Origin: a virus
Direction: 5' to 3' (one strand)
DNA: 64,000 bases
IMG/VR virus record: IMGVR_UViG_3300042317_001497
Shown one piece after another: positions 12,001 to 19,145 of the stretch. The notes below the pieces were generated by a model. It worked only from the letters and a program-made list of their open reading frames with translations. It had not been told where the DNA came from and made no database searches. The stretch's first letter is position 1; every line of letters starts with the position of its first letter. The translations under genes and the position numbers were made by a program.

Positions 12001-13145
12001 CTAGGATCTATGCTACTCAAACCTTTGGATAGTAGTTCAATAGCTTTGTAAGCTCCAACAAATTTACCCTGAGCATCAGTAAGATTAACATTGAACTCTT
12101 TCAACGCTTCAATAGTACTGCCTCTCTGGATACGAGTAAAGATAGTTCTTAAGCCAGTAGCAATAGTTTCTGCACTTTCACGAGTGGTGGCTCGAACACT
12201 AGTAAATACAGCAATAAATTCATTTAAAGCCTGTTTACCTTCACTTACTCCTCTACTAGCAGCAGCAAACACACCACCAGTACGCTGAATAGCAGCAATA
12301 ATATCACTAGATTCTACTGCAAATTTTGCTGCAACAGAATTTATAGAGCCTAATGAAGCCTCTAAATCTTTGGCACTAATATCAAACTGTCTCATTAAAG
12401 CAATAGAACCTTCTACCGTTCTATTCATATCATCAAAAGACGGAGCTAATGAGCTTAGAGCCAAAGCCTTAAGTGCTCTTTCAGTATCTCTAGCACTCAA
12501 TCCTGCCTGAGCCAAAGTAGACGAAATCTTTGTTAACTCTCCAGAAGAAACTCCTAAGTTTGTTGATAAGCCCGTAATCTCTTTTTCCAAACCCTTCAAA
12601 GATTCTGCGGATCCTCCGGTAACCTGTTGTAGTTTAACCAGTTCTTGATTATAATCTACATAAGCAGAAATACCTCCTTTAATAGCATTGGTTAATGCAA
12701 AAACACCTCCTGTTACTATACTAAATGCAGCAAATCTTCTAATAGCTAGATAAGATTGTCTACCGAACTCTGCCATTTCTGAATGAGCCATCTGAATTTG
12801 TCTAGAAGTATTAGAAGTGGCTCTAGATAAATTATTAGTAGTATTTACAGCAGCATTAAGCTGTTGTGTGGTTCTACCTACAGCATTGGTATTAAATGCT
12901 TGAGCAAAATTAGCAATTGCTGATGCTGCGGCATTTGCTGATGTTTGTGTCTGGGCTAATGTGGTATTTAATGTTACCAATGAAGCATTAAGTCTTCCAA
13001 CTCCGGTAACGGCGTTTGGATTAACTGTTAAATTAACAGTGCTATTGATAGTACCAAGCTGTCTACGAATATTAGAAACTATATTTCCAATATTAGATGG
13101 TCCTCTAAGATTTAGCTGTGCGGTTAAATTAAAAGCTGATGACAT
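1..13145 (-). CDS. Giant tape measure protein (>=4381 aa, runs off the window start) with inserted cargo domains
   Basis: Manual translation from ATG at 13145 (MSSAFNLTAQLNLRGPSNIG...) stays open to position 3. It has a TMP core (ELVKLQQVTGG...LSTNLGVSSGELTKISSTLAQAG...AKFAVESSDIIAAIQRTGG), GxxxG hydrophobic segments and repeated GTDTVPAMLTPGEFVV motifs. It lies downstream of the tail genes. Confidence 0.9.
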   Translation of the reverse strand, partial: MSSAFNLTAQLNLRGPSNIGNIVSNIRRQLGTINSTVNLTVNPNAVTGVGRLNASLVTLNTTLAQTQTSANAAASAIANFAQAFNTNAVGRTTQQLNAAVNTTNNLSRATSNTSRQIQMAHSEMAEFGRQSYLAIRRFAAFSIVTGGVFALTNAIKGGISAYVDYNQELVKLQQVTGGSAESLKGLEKEITGLSTNLGVSSGELTKISSTLAQAGLSARDTERALKALALSSLAPSFDDMNRTVEGSIALMRQFDISAKDLEASLGSINSVAAKFAVESSDIIAAIQRTGGVFAAASRGVSEGKQALNEFIAVFTSVRATTRESAETIATGLRTIFTRIQRGSTIEALKEFNVNLTDAQGKFVGAYKAIELLSKGLSSIDPRDLKFSQIVEELGGFRQIGKVIPLIQQFGTAQEALAVAQQGQGSLAEDSIKAQLSLANQISKVREEFLALFRDIGGSDSFQLLTKGALGLASGLIKLADGAKGVLPVLGMLLAFKGAQAATQFGLGFVGAMRQGSTGRRRASGGPINRYAAGGPVDVDVALMPGETVVYPDAVSRIGVSRLRQLNHADKNGIAGKRRGGRVSKFSKGGYAEVPGSGRTDSFYTQLPEGSFVIRTDATRSLGGPDGVMDAARNHAFGGDVQKFENGSWREVRAQVRSGRGRPSKTKSTVGQAVEKIESTTYDRKGRFKTDFPFIIRGLNRKGTKQKINEEAILKGYLNQGVNDLSKAIVDKTQGNITIPTGNINIQNKESIYGGLFETALLKISGRSKDKKDNNQAFDFPRGIGSALSPIFSGMPPDISTDVKRTAAANAALKSNIANKIANDMASNRLPKKPVSVGVVSLSPMDSAIVSKISGVEVDRLLKTKLKIKEQKNKKKRNAKRRADRYYDNALENAISMMPYAIGGIVQKFGKGGSATRSVGYIDSDEISGLLKDPIKGPIIDAEMKRLGIKGVAEFKDHLSNLAASRRQSGDLKRLTNIFGVAGSTKSTMAQGGARGQEVDNAKLRKTTRYPILTEADLLKSDQVVDTTSVAGPSQRNALSSADRVIALSSRTKESQEVLKKNRKLRDSTGKNLFGRKAGATKSAPLDSGVGEAYIAASEVSGVDPKKVATLKLEENFKKTRTNQPNVRTPDKTLLFYGNMGPVHAGYPAAISAASKKTGIPTKDSVALLSGDVPIDPFSKDPHDKRSAFMPLKGPDDKPSRMGMAKAVFGATGTNVSAMPSGSGPGSIPSAFKVGDDDYIVPKAKGNVAIVGDEKNPKDLDKYTRAGYAPFVTPRLGGISGTKARDAIMANDTASLKKLLTPEGFDYVQKHMDTLQKRPKLLDSILAKIQANSSSGKGTAGRLSKIQAQLSELPARVTKTTPLEDAEKIGLLRKERDSLSTKLGRFPSKMLSRLEQRRQRFAEGTDKPIKSLSDMGKADLLREAEKLGVFIPMDSRRLLDQRAKGSEEIRAKVIKELEDQRIIRKAEEEKTSTRAKKRKIGVVGLFNSAGDYKPTSEEVVTPDVKGRKKRGEKTTKGFPATLETGVLPERDSKRVRAVIRRSMEQLTLRLGKIIGKSAGSQSVTDKKRIRDIVGKILPDVEGYGLEAGLAAAGAPYNPKKQALDFPKGLGPEISKLVGIDPRAMVDATRDTSTARSKLIQATRYKRDIEQAKKKKATRKALGGSIPSPMDLSRSSKDKRFDPKKLAAFLGAQTPTSNKAIDLAERLKDSSSSAISKPNYEELLKGYAVGGSVKPKTLGQRVQLGPNQKPTHVGSSKVYPGKYQLVEDGRIVADDLNEEQLNRIRKNRKSGRYSGFFKELQEAPTISTWNQENVGTKFIKKAKGGDIPILAQEGEYVINRTSANQIGRHNLDKLNIGGRVGLDNLPKYHTGGIVRYNKGGSVQKLAVGGEIDNALSGMSNKDAIRLRASIQKNSQAFEQLAKLVSGWKVEDVGMAMKRLDRSLEKGVSQADALAQSMVAGTTSAARQPSKARGPNILGGTPDTRNAGTVGRTGDFKQITGLSNSKGQPLKVNGPGDVQATLDRIAPKITARFNRLGFTTEATEKALLVFNTQVRQTGDANQAFRAAVQSGKDSMTMVGRTGVGATVSGMTIEKAATPEKRSTTPEQRLARKKQNRADDRFGMFQGATIGGWAGFAAGGAIGGLAGAPLGGVIGAVGGAVAGSERGNRIRSMQYEAGADKLKARASNLAQGGTSGSALLSVFNKAMSPLVSGAAKVSSGMSKLHLGASQLSSSLNKGGMAVASWSSSIKNAGTFMGGFKKVMSDVGSLTKNSFFGLIKGVDSAAGRLMGLKKVDIGGGKQGWRSAAATMGADGVTRDASGRRARGFGGGGGGRGGRGGGGMGGGMGMYGLSMGIPMAAQMFGTQEAQTETQASNNSFVEQSSNAVGGALAMATMGGPIGIIAGLGTAAAGIATAFVTAENAVNEFGKNKAAKQMEQSSEKISNILTEISNAGAATPAALEQLKTALDSSTSAALTFAEKSGTKKGSFVQDIVGNSNLGALLGSLEGATDNNDAQGAINRSQILDKKGIFAYLASAGDKDTELSNIRDLIPDMANDISKSFAIPADNIKKAFEQRTRSGESSASITSSPEFAKQAEILARSNPEAEKQLQLIQADTRLSEQDKRARRENIIAAYGNAAAMKAIKTTETQMAIEALGKSARNFSFSLKRMFNNMDIAIAASSNSLQSLSEKLELSAASASGNAKVGKSSEIQSMIDVLKNPRGYSDSQRSTAMKGASSVFGAQSGNMEKMLNLGANIEDTLMSTINSTLQANGGANNEEIGAKVESAVKDKLKSLNFPPDLANKLTGQVQAAVSKMRTRGDEKLDFSQLMEEIPALANSIESLKGASDSAIRALEFIKNSFDQLSDATNQITDIQVQNNSRLRNAQNILVTGTRNLDRALGKDIKLSDTKTDFNNQTRSFTGGATDPSAIRRNIQNLETQRNQQQTGLDQAKASTDMGGVLAFSDGLVKTNSAIRENVAALEQLAQNGDLASAALDQVSKIQAKQAAGVSIVERLVTSTPGELNNLNQAFNRLTNNMQGKANFGTSADQRKESLDVLNMIMPFLGDKQGGVKANILQSQLQESGIQSNPFIDQVLGSLRNPEADPEMKAATDTYREAITTQSEANIQLAKINTDLAGNIARSTADAVAAAIKNTPLNFSQMQTSDEQKGINKVPTMATGGVVYKSVGGNIFQPKGTDTVPAMLTPGEFVVNRSATQRNLPLLKSINSYSSGGAVKYYASGGMVDVRDSGSGASAGKSILSESATATDDVRLTKEEYPVLSENLVKNILTKTDEVSRLYGTPATVYGSYNTDQDFTGPIIAKLDKEAFKAKTDGLGINEIRRYLKTFNTSFDLTPDNWELGASNPIAIGIDREEKKGYLWGTVMEGSNLPTFEKYNTTGVGMSREEELANILLPYQAIQQTNALETHSKKYRISNNTTGGKDFKNYKIEDPDSSFLSKQTQLDLLNTLVTKLAGSTINNDDTLGKKILSAEDKYTGDREYKNGNKQSLDKILERSLFITTKPVKDKYYNAQWTNSKPQGLVTGNGNALTTVQKTTSFMGTDLKGRKQLGAANTDILRPGVLENTAKGTDVESKQKYIKERLKYFEELKNQYENINNFTIINSSKASNNKMNTLLESLYDDNLSGLFVSIPKNQLSSSWGDYGKITDFAYIYRKQFNDKWNRIVDSYKDNKDHVFSSDSNKLNIVKDSTAQSFNWSNKPIDLDRIKDIVSDIEEKNKKRESLFQLDEAVTSHAFEVAIGSEKYEGKFNTQKIKIPKLTEEKGYIPPTDEFLDGFLLSSSKEAPLLNPFLEAKQQLFTSQDPALIAQLLSGSYNTKEPLKLDNIDLVRLLTQEEGIQGGIDPSDISKAYTLIPDPKPEIFLFQQLEDAKNRMMEQRGETTLQPSAKLATSVDRKGKKAKASWLRKSYLDYANEAIKNIILPSIGVFKKFIPNFGLTKLDSSNQFKSYSEGLNKLQKEFGKRITNNKGDFLNDQLGSAWGNVGAVSKFIGALSLSDPSKELGSILGAGEFDLEKVKNVTPLFEKIKSYGQMLKNAGKSKIAAEMILAETNEKGVAADKKIPEAEQKAVDKAIRDTVGTGETATVDNKTGIITYKKLTDKDTPKSIRELGALSLNPYSFFPVQARQSLIDQLLSFFPADNKNKNLDKVKTDITALKNWYLFQDSYLSSKDPTPDDNKYLDDNYNTANTSLQNLTAGFFGLLPSRIKLDEMKKAKESRDQKAPEFQKPQTRANGGLIYASNGTLVNFAPRGTDTVPAMLTPGEFVVNRRATQNNLPLLKSINSGNYSTGGVVVQPKYFDRGGLNIGNAVSAGISSLLGLDSVSSTVLSSFSKSFSRNVKSLSTIKFDFGQKVMGDFVSSLNSLTKQLSSIDI

Positions 13146-13248
13146 ATATAATTTCTCTTAAAATTTAAATGTATAAAAACAAATCCCTATGCACAATAAT
13201 AGCGCACAGGGATCTGTATATAATCGATATAATAAAAAATAAATATTA

Positions 13249-14115
13249 TCAGCCAGTCTTGTTTTCCTCTGAAGTATTTTCAGATACTGATTGATTTGAT
13301 TCTGGTTTATCACTAGTGTCTTCATCAATAATAGGCTTTCCATTTTCGTCTAAAAACGGTTGTGTCTCAACAATATACTCTCCGTCTGCATCTACTCTGT
13401 TACCAAACTTATCAATAAAATTACCCTGATCATCAATGAATCTACCATTTTCATCCACCAGTCTTCCTTCTGAATCAATCAGTCTTCCTTTTTTATCAAT
13501 CATTCTTAATTTGTCATCAATAAATTTATATTTCTTTAGAAACTTATTTTCAGGCAAATTACTTTCATAATCATTATCCAAACCGTAAAGCATATTAGCC
13601 AAATTCTGAGCTGCAAGTGCTGCTACTTGTTCTGAGCCCCTATTTAGATAATCTTCCATATTACTAAAAACTGGCTCTTTAGTATCGTTATACACCACAC
13701 AGGCTGATACTAAGTAGTTAAATCTAGCATTATCTGCTTGTCCTTCAGCACTATGATTATCCAAAGAAGTTTTGACACTAATAAGATCTCTAATTTGATC
13801 TCTAGTATCTTTCATCTCAATAGCCAAGTCTTTGGCCTCATTTAAACCAAAGCCTCCCTTTGCTAGTCTTTTTTCTCCGTCTAGTAGTTTTCTTTGTAGT
13901 TCAGAAAACTTAGCCTGTTTTTCATCATTCCATAGTCCCTGATCTTGTAGCAGATCATCTAGCTTGGCTCGTACAACGCTCTTTGATTTGATAGCGTCGG
14001 TAAAAGCCTGATTATATATCTTCTGGGCCTCTCTCTGATCATTTAAAGACGGAGATTTAACTAGTATCTCTCTTTCCTTGGTATCTACTTCTACTTTAAA
14101 AGTCTTAGTCTTCAT
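13249..14115 (-). CDS. Probable tail assembly chaperone with C-terminal 7-aa (L/F)(I/V)DxxG repeats
   Basis: 288-aa ORF immediately upstream of the TMP. The call rests on position only. Confidence 0.5.
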   Translation of the reverse strand: MKTKTFKVEVDTKEREILVKSPSLNDQREAQKIYNQAFTDAIKSKSVVRAKLDDLLQDQGLWNDEKQAKFSELQRKLLDGEKRLAKGGFGLNEAKDLAIEMKDTRDQIRDLISVKTSLDNHSAEGQADNARFNYLVSACVVYNDTKEPVFSNMEDYLNRGSEQVAALAAQNLANMLYGLDNDYESNLPENKFLKKYKFIDDKLRMIDKKGRLIDSEGRLVDENGRFIDDQGNFIDKFGNRVDADGEYIVETQPFLDENGKPIIDEDTSDKPESNQSVSENTSEENKTG

Positions 14116-14444
14116 TCTCTGTCTCCTTTATTATTTTTATGGTCCGGATTATTAAAAAACAACTTATAATGATACTTATTTTCAAATTTAGGCTTATTGT
14201 TAGGAACCCTCACATTATTATAAAGATAATCTGATAATTCATCAATGGCCGCTCTTAATTGATTATTGCCATTATTTAAAATATTATTTCTGGTTTGTTC
14301 CCATAAGTTATAATACATAGCAGCTTTTTCAGTATCTTCTTCCCATAAGTGATCAAAAGATTCTTCAAATCTAGCTAATGAACCTATCATAGTAGTTTTA
14401 ATTCTGGTCTCAATATTAGATAATAATCTTTCTATATTATTCAT
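14112..14444 (-). CDS. Hypothetical protein (tail module)
   Basis: 110-aa ORF overlapping the next gene by 4 nt. Confidence 0.7.
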   Translation of the reverse strand: MNNIERLLSNIETRIKTTMIGSLARFEESFDHLWEEDTEKAAMYYNLWEQTRNNILNNGNNQLRAAIDELSDYLYNNVRVPNNKPKFENKYHYKLFFNNPDHKNNKGDRE

Positions 14445-14447
14445 AAT

Positions 14448-15488
14448 TTATTTCCTATTTTTAAGCATATCATTTCGTTGTTGTAATAGTTCTCTTTGTA
14501 CGTCTGGGAGTTTGCTATCATCTACGGTTCCCGCTGTTTTAATATAATTCATCTTTTCCTTAAGTCTAGCGCTAGCTTCAGCACTATTCAAAGAAGTAAT
14601 TTCTTCATAAGACTCATTATTATTAGCAAATAAGAAAACCTCATTAGCGTTTTTAAGATTAGGATTAAGCTCATCTATGCTTTGCTGAGTCTTCTCTTTT
14701 TCTCTTTTTCTTCTTTGCAGAATCATCCAACCATCAAGCATATCATCGTCATTAATAATAGAATCTGGGGGACAATGTTCATTTTCATATATATTATCAT
14801 ACATTTTTGTAATATTAACTAAATTTCTTTGGTCATCTGTCCAATCTATAACCTGAGTACTAAAAACATTATTTTTATTAGCATTCCAGTAAGATCTCCA
14901 CATAGAACTGCGAGCCAAAAATTTAAGTTGATCCATATTAATAGTATTATGATTTATTTCATTAACTATATCATTAAAGTCTGTATAAGATGAAGTATTT
15001 CTATTGGTACTATCAAAAACTTTTTTATTATTTTTGAATATAGTATTACATATAATATATTCGTTCTTTATAGCCATTGCATATCCTTCTAAAGTATGAT
15101 TCATAAATTCATTCTTTTTTGATAGAATATTATTCATACTTTCTCTGGTTTCTGTCAGATTTTTCCTAATTTTCTTAAGATTATCTTTTTGTGTTGAATT
15201 CTTATATAGTTCCACTTTAGAGTCTTCTATTTTTTTTTCTAATTTAGTTATTAGCTTATCAGTATCCTTTTGCCACAATCCTAGGTTTATCATTACGGGA
15301 ATTAAATTTTCTTCTCTTATCCATTCGTTGTATTTTTCTTCATTGATAATATTATTATATATTAAACTTCCTTGATATTTGATATGATTAGGAGCCGATC
15401 TTAATTCATATTGTTCATTCTTAAAATAAAAATATAGAATTCCTGTAAAAATCCTGTTAAGATAAAGCTCCACATCTTGATCATTCAT
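14448..15488 (-). CDS. Hypothetical protein, possible tail chaperone
   Basis: 346-aa ORF between the major tail gene and the TMP. Confidence 0.7.
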   Translation of the reverse strand: MNDQDVELYLNRIFTGILYFYFKNEQYELRSAPNHIKYQGSLIYNNIINEEKYNEWIREENLIPVMINLGLWQKDTDKLITKLEKKIEDSKVELYKNSTQKDNLKKIRKNLTETRESMNNILSKKNEFMNHTLEGYAMAIKNEYIICNTIFKNNKKVFDSTNRNTSSYTDFNDIVNEINHNTINMDQLKFLARSSMWRSYWNANKNNVFSTQVIDWTDDQRNLVNITKMYDNIYENEHCPPDSIINDDDMLDGWMILQRRKREKEKTQQSIDELNPNLKNANEVFLFANNNESYEEITSLNSAEASARLKEKMNYIKTAGTVDDSKLPDVQRELLQQRNDMLKNRK

Positions 15489-15624
15489 CTTTTACTTTGG
15501 GCTTCTTAAGCTCCAGAATTTCCTGATTTTTGTCCCTGAGCTGCTGTTGTAGCATCTCTATATATTTTTGACTATTAGATAAATCAGTATATAATTTACC
15601 TATTACTATAAATAAATCGTCCAT
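15481..15624 (-). CDS. Small coiled-coil hypothetical protein (47 aa, not in ORF track)
   Basis: MDDLFIVIGKLYTDLSNSQKYIEMLQQQLRDKNQEILELKKPKVKDE; ATGAATGA overlap with the next gene. Confidence 0.6.
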   Translation of the reverse strand: MDDLFIVIGKLYTDLSNSQKYIEMLQQQLRDKNQEILELKKPKVKDE

Positions 15625-15665
15625 CCTTTTGTTCCTATATTATGTATCTACTTATTTAATAACTA

Positions 15666-16733
15666 TCAATTCTCTGGCCATACAAGATTTACATCGTCAA
15701 ACGAGCCAGCTCCGGTCATTACGAAGTGGTTAAATGTCTGGAAACTATAAGTAATAGTAGCATTAGCTCCTCCAGTATCACCACCACTATAGTTAACACT
15801 AGTTAGCTTGTTCTTGGCCCCAAGATCTAGTGTTAAATTATCTCCAGATTCACCACCACAAACCTGTACAATTACAGTTTTGTCTTGAACATTTTTGTAA
15901 ACATTACCACAACCTGTAAGACCATCGAAATCGCTAGCATTCATTTGATCGCCGTCGTTAGCAATAATTTCGAATTCTGATGTTACTTCAAGAGGGAACT
16001 TAACATAACGATGATAAGGAGCCATAGCACCTAGTTCGAATATAGCTTCACGACCAAGGTCAGCACTAATCTTAACACTCTGTAGATAAGGCTTAGTTCT
16101 ACCTGATGGTACTGGAATACCAGCTGTACCAGTTGGTAGGGTAGAGCCGCTATAATTTAGATTATATCTTCTAATTGTTTGAGAAGAAGATTGTTCGGTA
16201 TCGAACTGTGTTACACTCATGCTGGTGCCAGAGTTCCATACTTTATTATTACCTACTAAGGTGACATCTTCTGTAGCATTACCTTCTACTGGAATAGTAT
16301 AGCTAAAGTTAGATAGATACATACCGCTGCAATCAACATAATTTTGAACTGTGCCGCTAGCAGCGCCCTGATTATCGGGCCATATACCAAGTCTAAAATT
16401 AACTCTATTATTAGCTAGTTCTACAATATTTTTACCACTAGCATCAAGAGCAGATCCACCCATGCAAATTAAATATAGTGGCATTGTGCCATCTAATACT
16501 TTATTTAGTGTTACCTGAACTTCGGGAACATTCTCAATGTTATCATATAGTTCTAGTTGACCTAGTGTAAAAACTTGCTCTAAATTAAAGTTTGTGGTCA
16601 TACCAGCGCTCTGGATACCTAGTGGGGTAATCCAATCGCTTCCGCCTTGCCATTTTGTGCCGTCTCTGTCTTGGGGCTGTAATTGAATAGCTTGTGTGGC
16701 GTAAAAAATTCTGTTATTTGCTGTGGCTGGCAT
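15666..16733 (-). CDS. Major tail (tube) protein
   Basis: 355-aa beta-rich, Gly/Thr-rich protein (TTNFNLEQVFTLGQLELY, ISADLGREAIFELG) in the canonical position upstream of chaperones and TMP. Confidence 0.7.
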   Translation of the reverse strand: MPATANNRIFYATQAIQLQPQDRDGTKWQGGSDWITPLGIQSAGMTTNFNLEQVFTLGQLELYDNIENVPEVQVTLNKVLDGTMPLYLICMGGSALDASGKNIVELANNRVNFRLGIWPDNQGAASGTVQNYVDCSGMYLSNFSYTIPVEGNATEDVTLVGNNKVWNSGTSMSVTQFDTEQSSSQTIRRYNLNYSGSTLPTGTAGIPVPSGRTKPYLQSVKISADLGREAIFELGAMAPYHRYVKFPLEVTSEFEIIANDGDQMNASDFDGLTGCGNVYKNVQDKTVIVQVCGGESGDNLTLDLGAKNKLTSVNYSGGDTGGANATITYSFQTFNHFVMTGAGSFDDVNLVWPEN

Positions 16734-16829
16734 ATTAATTTCTCCTAGACATTGATTTTTTTAAAGAAATTTTAAGAGTCTTGATCAATCATATTGTAGA
16801 CTAATACTAGTTACACCATATATACGGAA

Positions 16830-17774
16830 TCATGGAAAAATTTCCAAACTCAGTCTTAAGATACCATTATATAAGCTAGAGGTTATAGTATTTAGCTCAG
16901 AAATAGAAATGTTTCTAATATTAAAATAATTAGCTCTATATAATATATCATTTATAAGTTGATCATAATTTAATCTATTAGGATTGGGTTGTCCCAGGTT
17001 ATCTACCGGATTAACTTTTGCTTTGACCACCTTATTAATATCATATAGTCTTAAAGACTTATCTTTTTGTAATAATAAAATACTAATAATATTATCTCTT
17101 TGTACAGGATTATTTGTAAAAATATGCAATAATACGTCCTGAGTAATAATATTAGCTCTTGTTCCAAGCTCATGAGGAGTAAGTACTACTCTAGGGGTAG
17201 ATTCTATCATTATAGCAGGCATTTCTATTCTATGAACAGATGTTATATCTTTTATATTGTTGGCTTTAGAATTAGATGGATTATAAAATATGTTCTCTAG
17301 AGTCTTCCACCAAACTGATTCATTAGATTTATATACTTGTATATATCTAGAAGAATAATTTAACTCAATTTGACTATTAGTATTAATATTGTTATTAAAA
17401 ATAATTCTACCAAGAGGATAATCTAAAGTATATGAATATTGACTATTTCCTGTGGGGGCCGGTAAAAATGTTTGATTAACATAAATACCAGAGATAGGAA
17501 TCGGGGAAATATTATTATGAACAACACCAGTTTCATAAACCCAATCTTTTCTTGCTGTTTCCCATACTCGACCAGGAGAGTATCCAGTTTCGGTAGATGG
17601 TCTTAGTTTATGCAGGCTTTGCTGGGTGGCGGGGGATCCGCTTGGTGGAATATTGATATTTATAAATCCTCCAATATTCAGAAAAGACCAGTCCAGAAAA
17701 CTTTTAAGATTATCTTCTAAATTAGCTGTTGGTCCTCTAGAACCAATATCTTCTACAAAATCAAAAGTACTCAT
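16830..17774 (-). CDS. Tail terminator/completion-like protein
   Basis: 314 aa; C-terminal EMPAIMIES...QDVLLHIF...QRDNIISIL pattern; synteny. Confidence 0.5.
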   Translation of the reverse strand: MSTFDFVEDIGSRGPTANLEDNLKSFLDWSFLNIGGFININIPPSGSPATQQSLHKLRPSTETGYSPGRVWETARKDWVYETGVVHNNISPIPISGIYVNQTFLPAPTGNSQYSYTLDYPLGRIIFNNNINTNSQIELNYSSRYIQVYKSNESVWWKTLENIFYNPSNSKANNIKDITSVHRIEMPAIMIESTPRVVLTPHELGTRANIITQDVLLHIFTNNPVQRDNIISILLLQKDKSLRLYDINKVVKAKVNPVDNLGQPNPNRLNYDQLINDILYRANYFNIRNISISELNTITSSLYNGILRLSLEIFP

Positions 17775-18415
17775 ATAATTTTTTCAACTTCCTTAAGTAT
17801 AATATTCTCTACTTCTTTTTGAATTCGTTGTATTGCTCTGGTTGTCCAGTTATTAGTTTTTGTACCAGCAAAAGAGGGAGGCACTCTCCAATTTCTATCA
17901 GACTCAACCATAATAGCCATGCCTGTTCTAGAATTTGGATTAGGACCAACCTTCATAGTATAGTCAGTAATAATGGTTTTATTTCCTTGCAACAATAACC
18001 AATCAAGCCACGGTAAAGAGTAACCTTTTTCTGTATCAACAACCACAGCGCTGTCGTCTGTTAACAAGCCATTAAAATTTTCTGAATGTATAGCTGTGAT
18101 CACAAATCCACCCAACAATCCATTTGAGCCAATTGTGATTGGTTTATTTTCTATACTAATAGTAGAAGCTAATTTTTCAATAATATCATCTACTTTAGAG
18201 CTATCTGCTATTCCCATCCCTAATCTTAGATCTCCGCCAACTAAAGACTGATATTCTGGTTCTTCTTTTAATCCTTTTATAATTAATGGATGGATTTTAT
18301 CTGTAGCCGCTTTAGAAGCTTTGGGTAGTTTAGATTCTATATGATTTTTTATAGCTACTAGTATCTGATCTTTAATATCAGCACTGCTTTCTAAGAGACT
18401 AACAGTGATATTCAT
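17771..18415 (-). CDS. Neck/tail-completion-like protein
   Basis: 214 aa; LPWLDWLL motif; synteny. Confidence 0.45.
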   Translation of the reverse strand: MNITVSLLESSADIKDQILVAIKNHIESKLPKASKAATDKIHPLIIKGLKEEPEYQSLVGGDLRLGMGIADSSKVDDIIEKLASTISIENKPITIGSNGLLGGFVITAIHSENFNGLLTDDSAVVVDTEKGYSLPWLDWLLLQGNKTIITDYTMKVGPNPNSRTGMAIMVESDRNWRVPPSFAGTKTNNWTTRAIQRIQKEVENIILKEVEKII

Positions 18416-18939
18416 TTATTTTTCCACATTGTTATAATATATCTATTATCTCCAAAACCACAAGGCTCTGGATGTCCTGCTCTTTCATAAGAAACATAAT
18501 TTATATTATTATTTGAATTATCAAAAATAATTTCATTAGCATCTAAAATTTTAGACATTAAATTAATATTACAAATAGTTTGAACTAGACCACTACTTAT
18601 CTGTACGGATTTAGATGACCAATTCATAAAATATTTACTATCAAAAATTACAGCCATATGCACTATTTCTGTAAAATCATTCTGAAATAATCCTGCTCCT
18701 AAACATATTGGACAAATAGTATTATCTGGAAAAGGTTGTGGGCCGGTATTATTATATAAATTAGAAGATAATTTAGAAATATTATCATAAAAACAATTAT
18801 TGCATAAATTATTATTAGTAGTATTGCTATAAACTAGTTTACACGGTATGGTCAATGCCCCTTGTTGCAGTAAGCTGTCTATGGCCTGATTAAACGTATT
18901 TTTAAGATGTTGAGATATGGTGTCAGAAAATGGATTCAT
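18412..18939 (-). CDS. Head-closure-like protein
   Basis: 175 aa with CxxC motifs; synteny in the neck region. Confidence 0.4.
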   Translation of the reverse strand: MNPFSDTISQHLKNTFNQAIDSLLQQGALTIPCKLVYSNTTNNNLCNNCFYDNISKLSSNLYNNTGPQPFPDNTICPICLGAGLFQNDFTEIVHMAVIFDSKYFMNWSSKSVQISSGLVQTICNINLMSKILDANEIIFDNSNNNINYVSYERAGHPEPCGFGDNRYIITMWKNK

Positions 18940-18941
18940 TA

Positions 18942-19142
18942 TTATCTCTCTTGAATTAATAGTATAATAGGCTGTTCTTTTTGTATAGATATTTTATTAT
19001 CAATAAGTAAATTAACAGATCCTGAACCTATATTCTTTTTTATTCTAATAGTATTAGTATCAGTATTAATACTATCAATACTCAAATAATATGTAGATGC
19101 CGATAATATATAAGATCTATTTAGTATTTGAATAATATTCAT
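18942..19142 (-). CDS. Hypothetical protein
   Basis: 66-aa ORF packed tightly between its neighbours. Confidence 0.55.
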   Translation of the reverse strand: MNIIQILNRSYILSASTYYLSIDSINTDTNTIRIKKNIGSGSVNLLIDNKISIQKEQPIILLIQER

Positions 19143-19145
19143 GTT

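Noticed and set aside
799-13161. About 20 plus-strand ORFs of 60-160 aa in the track
   Set aside because: They are antisense shadows of the continuous minus-strand TMP ORF and are Ser/Leu/Pro-biased with no RBS.
13249-15488. Programmed -1 frameshift in the tail chaperone genes
   Set aside because: I could not identify a slippery heptamer with a suitable overlapping frame.
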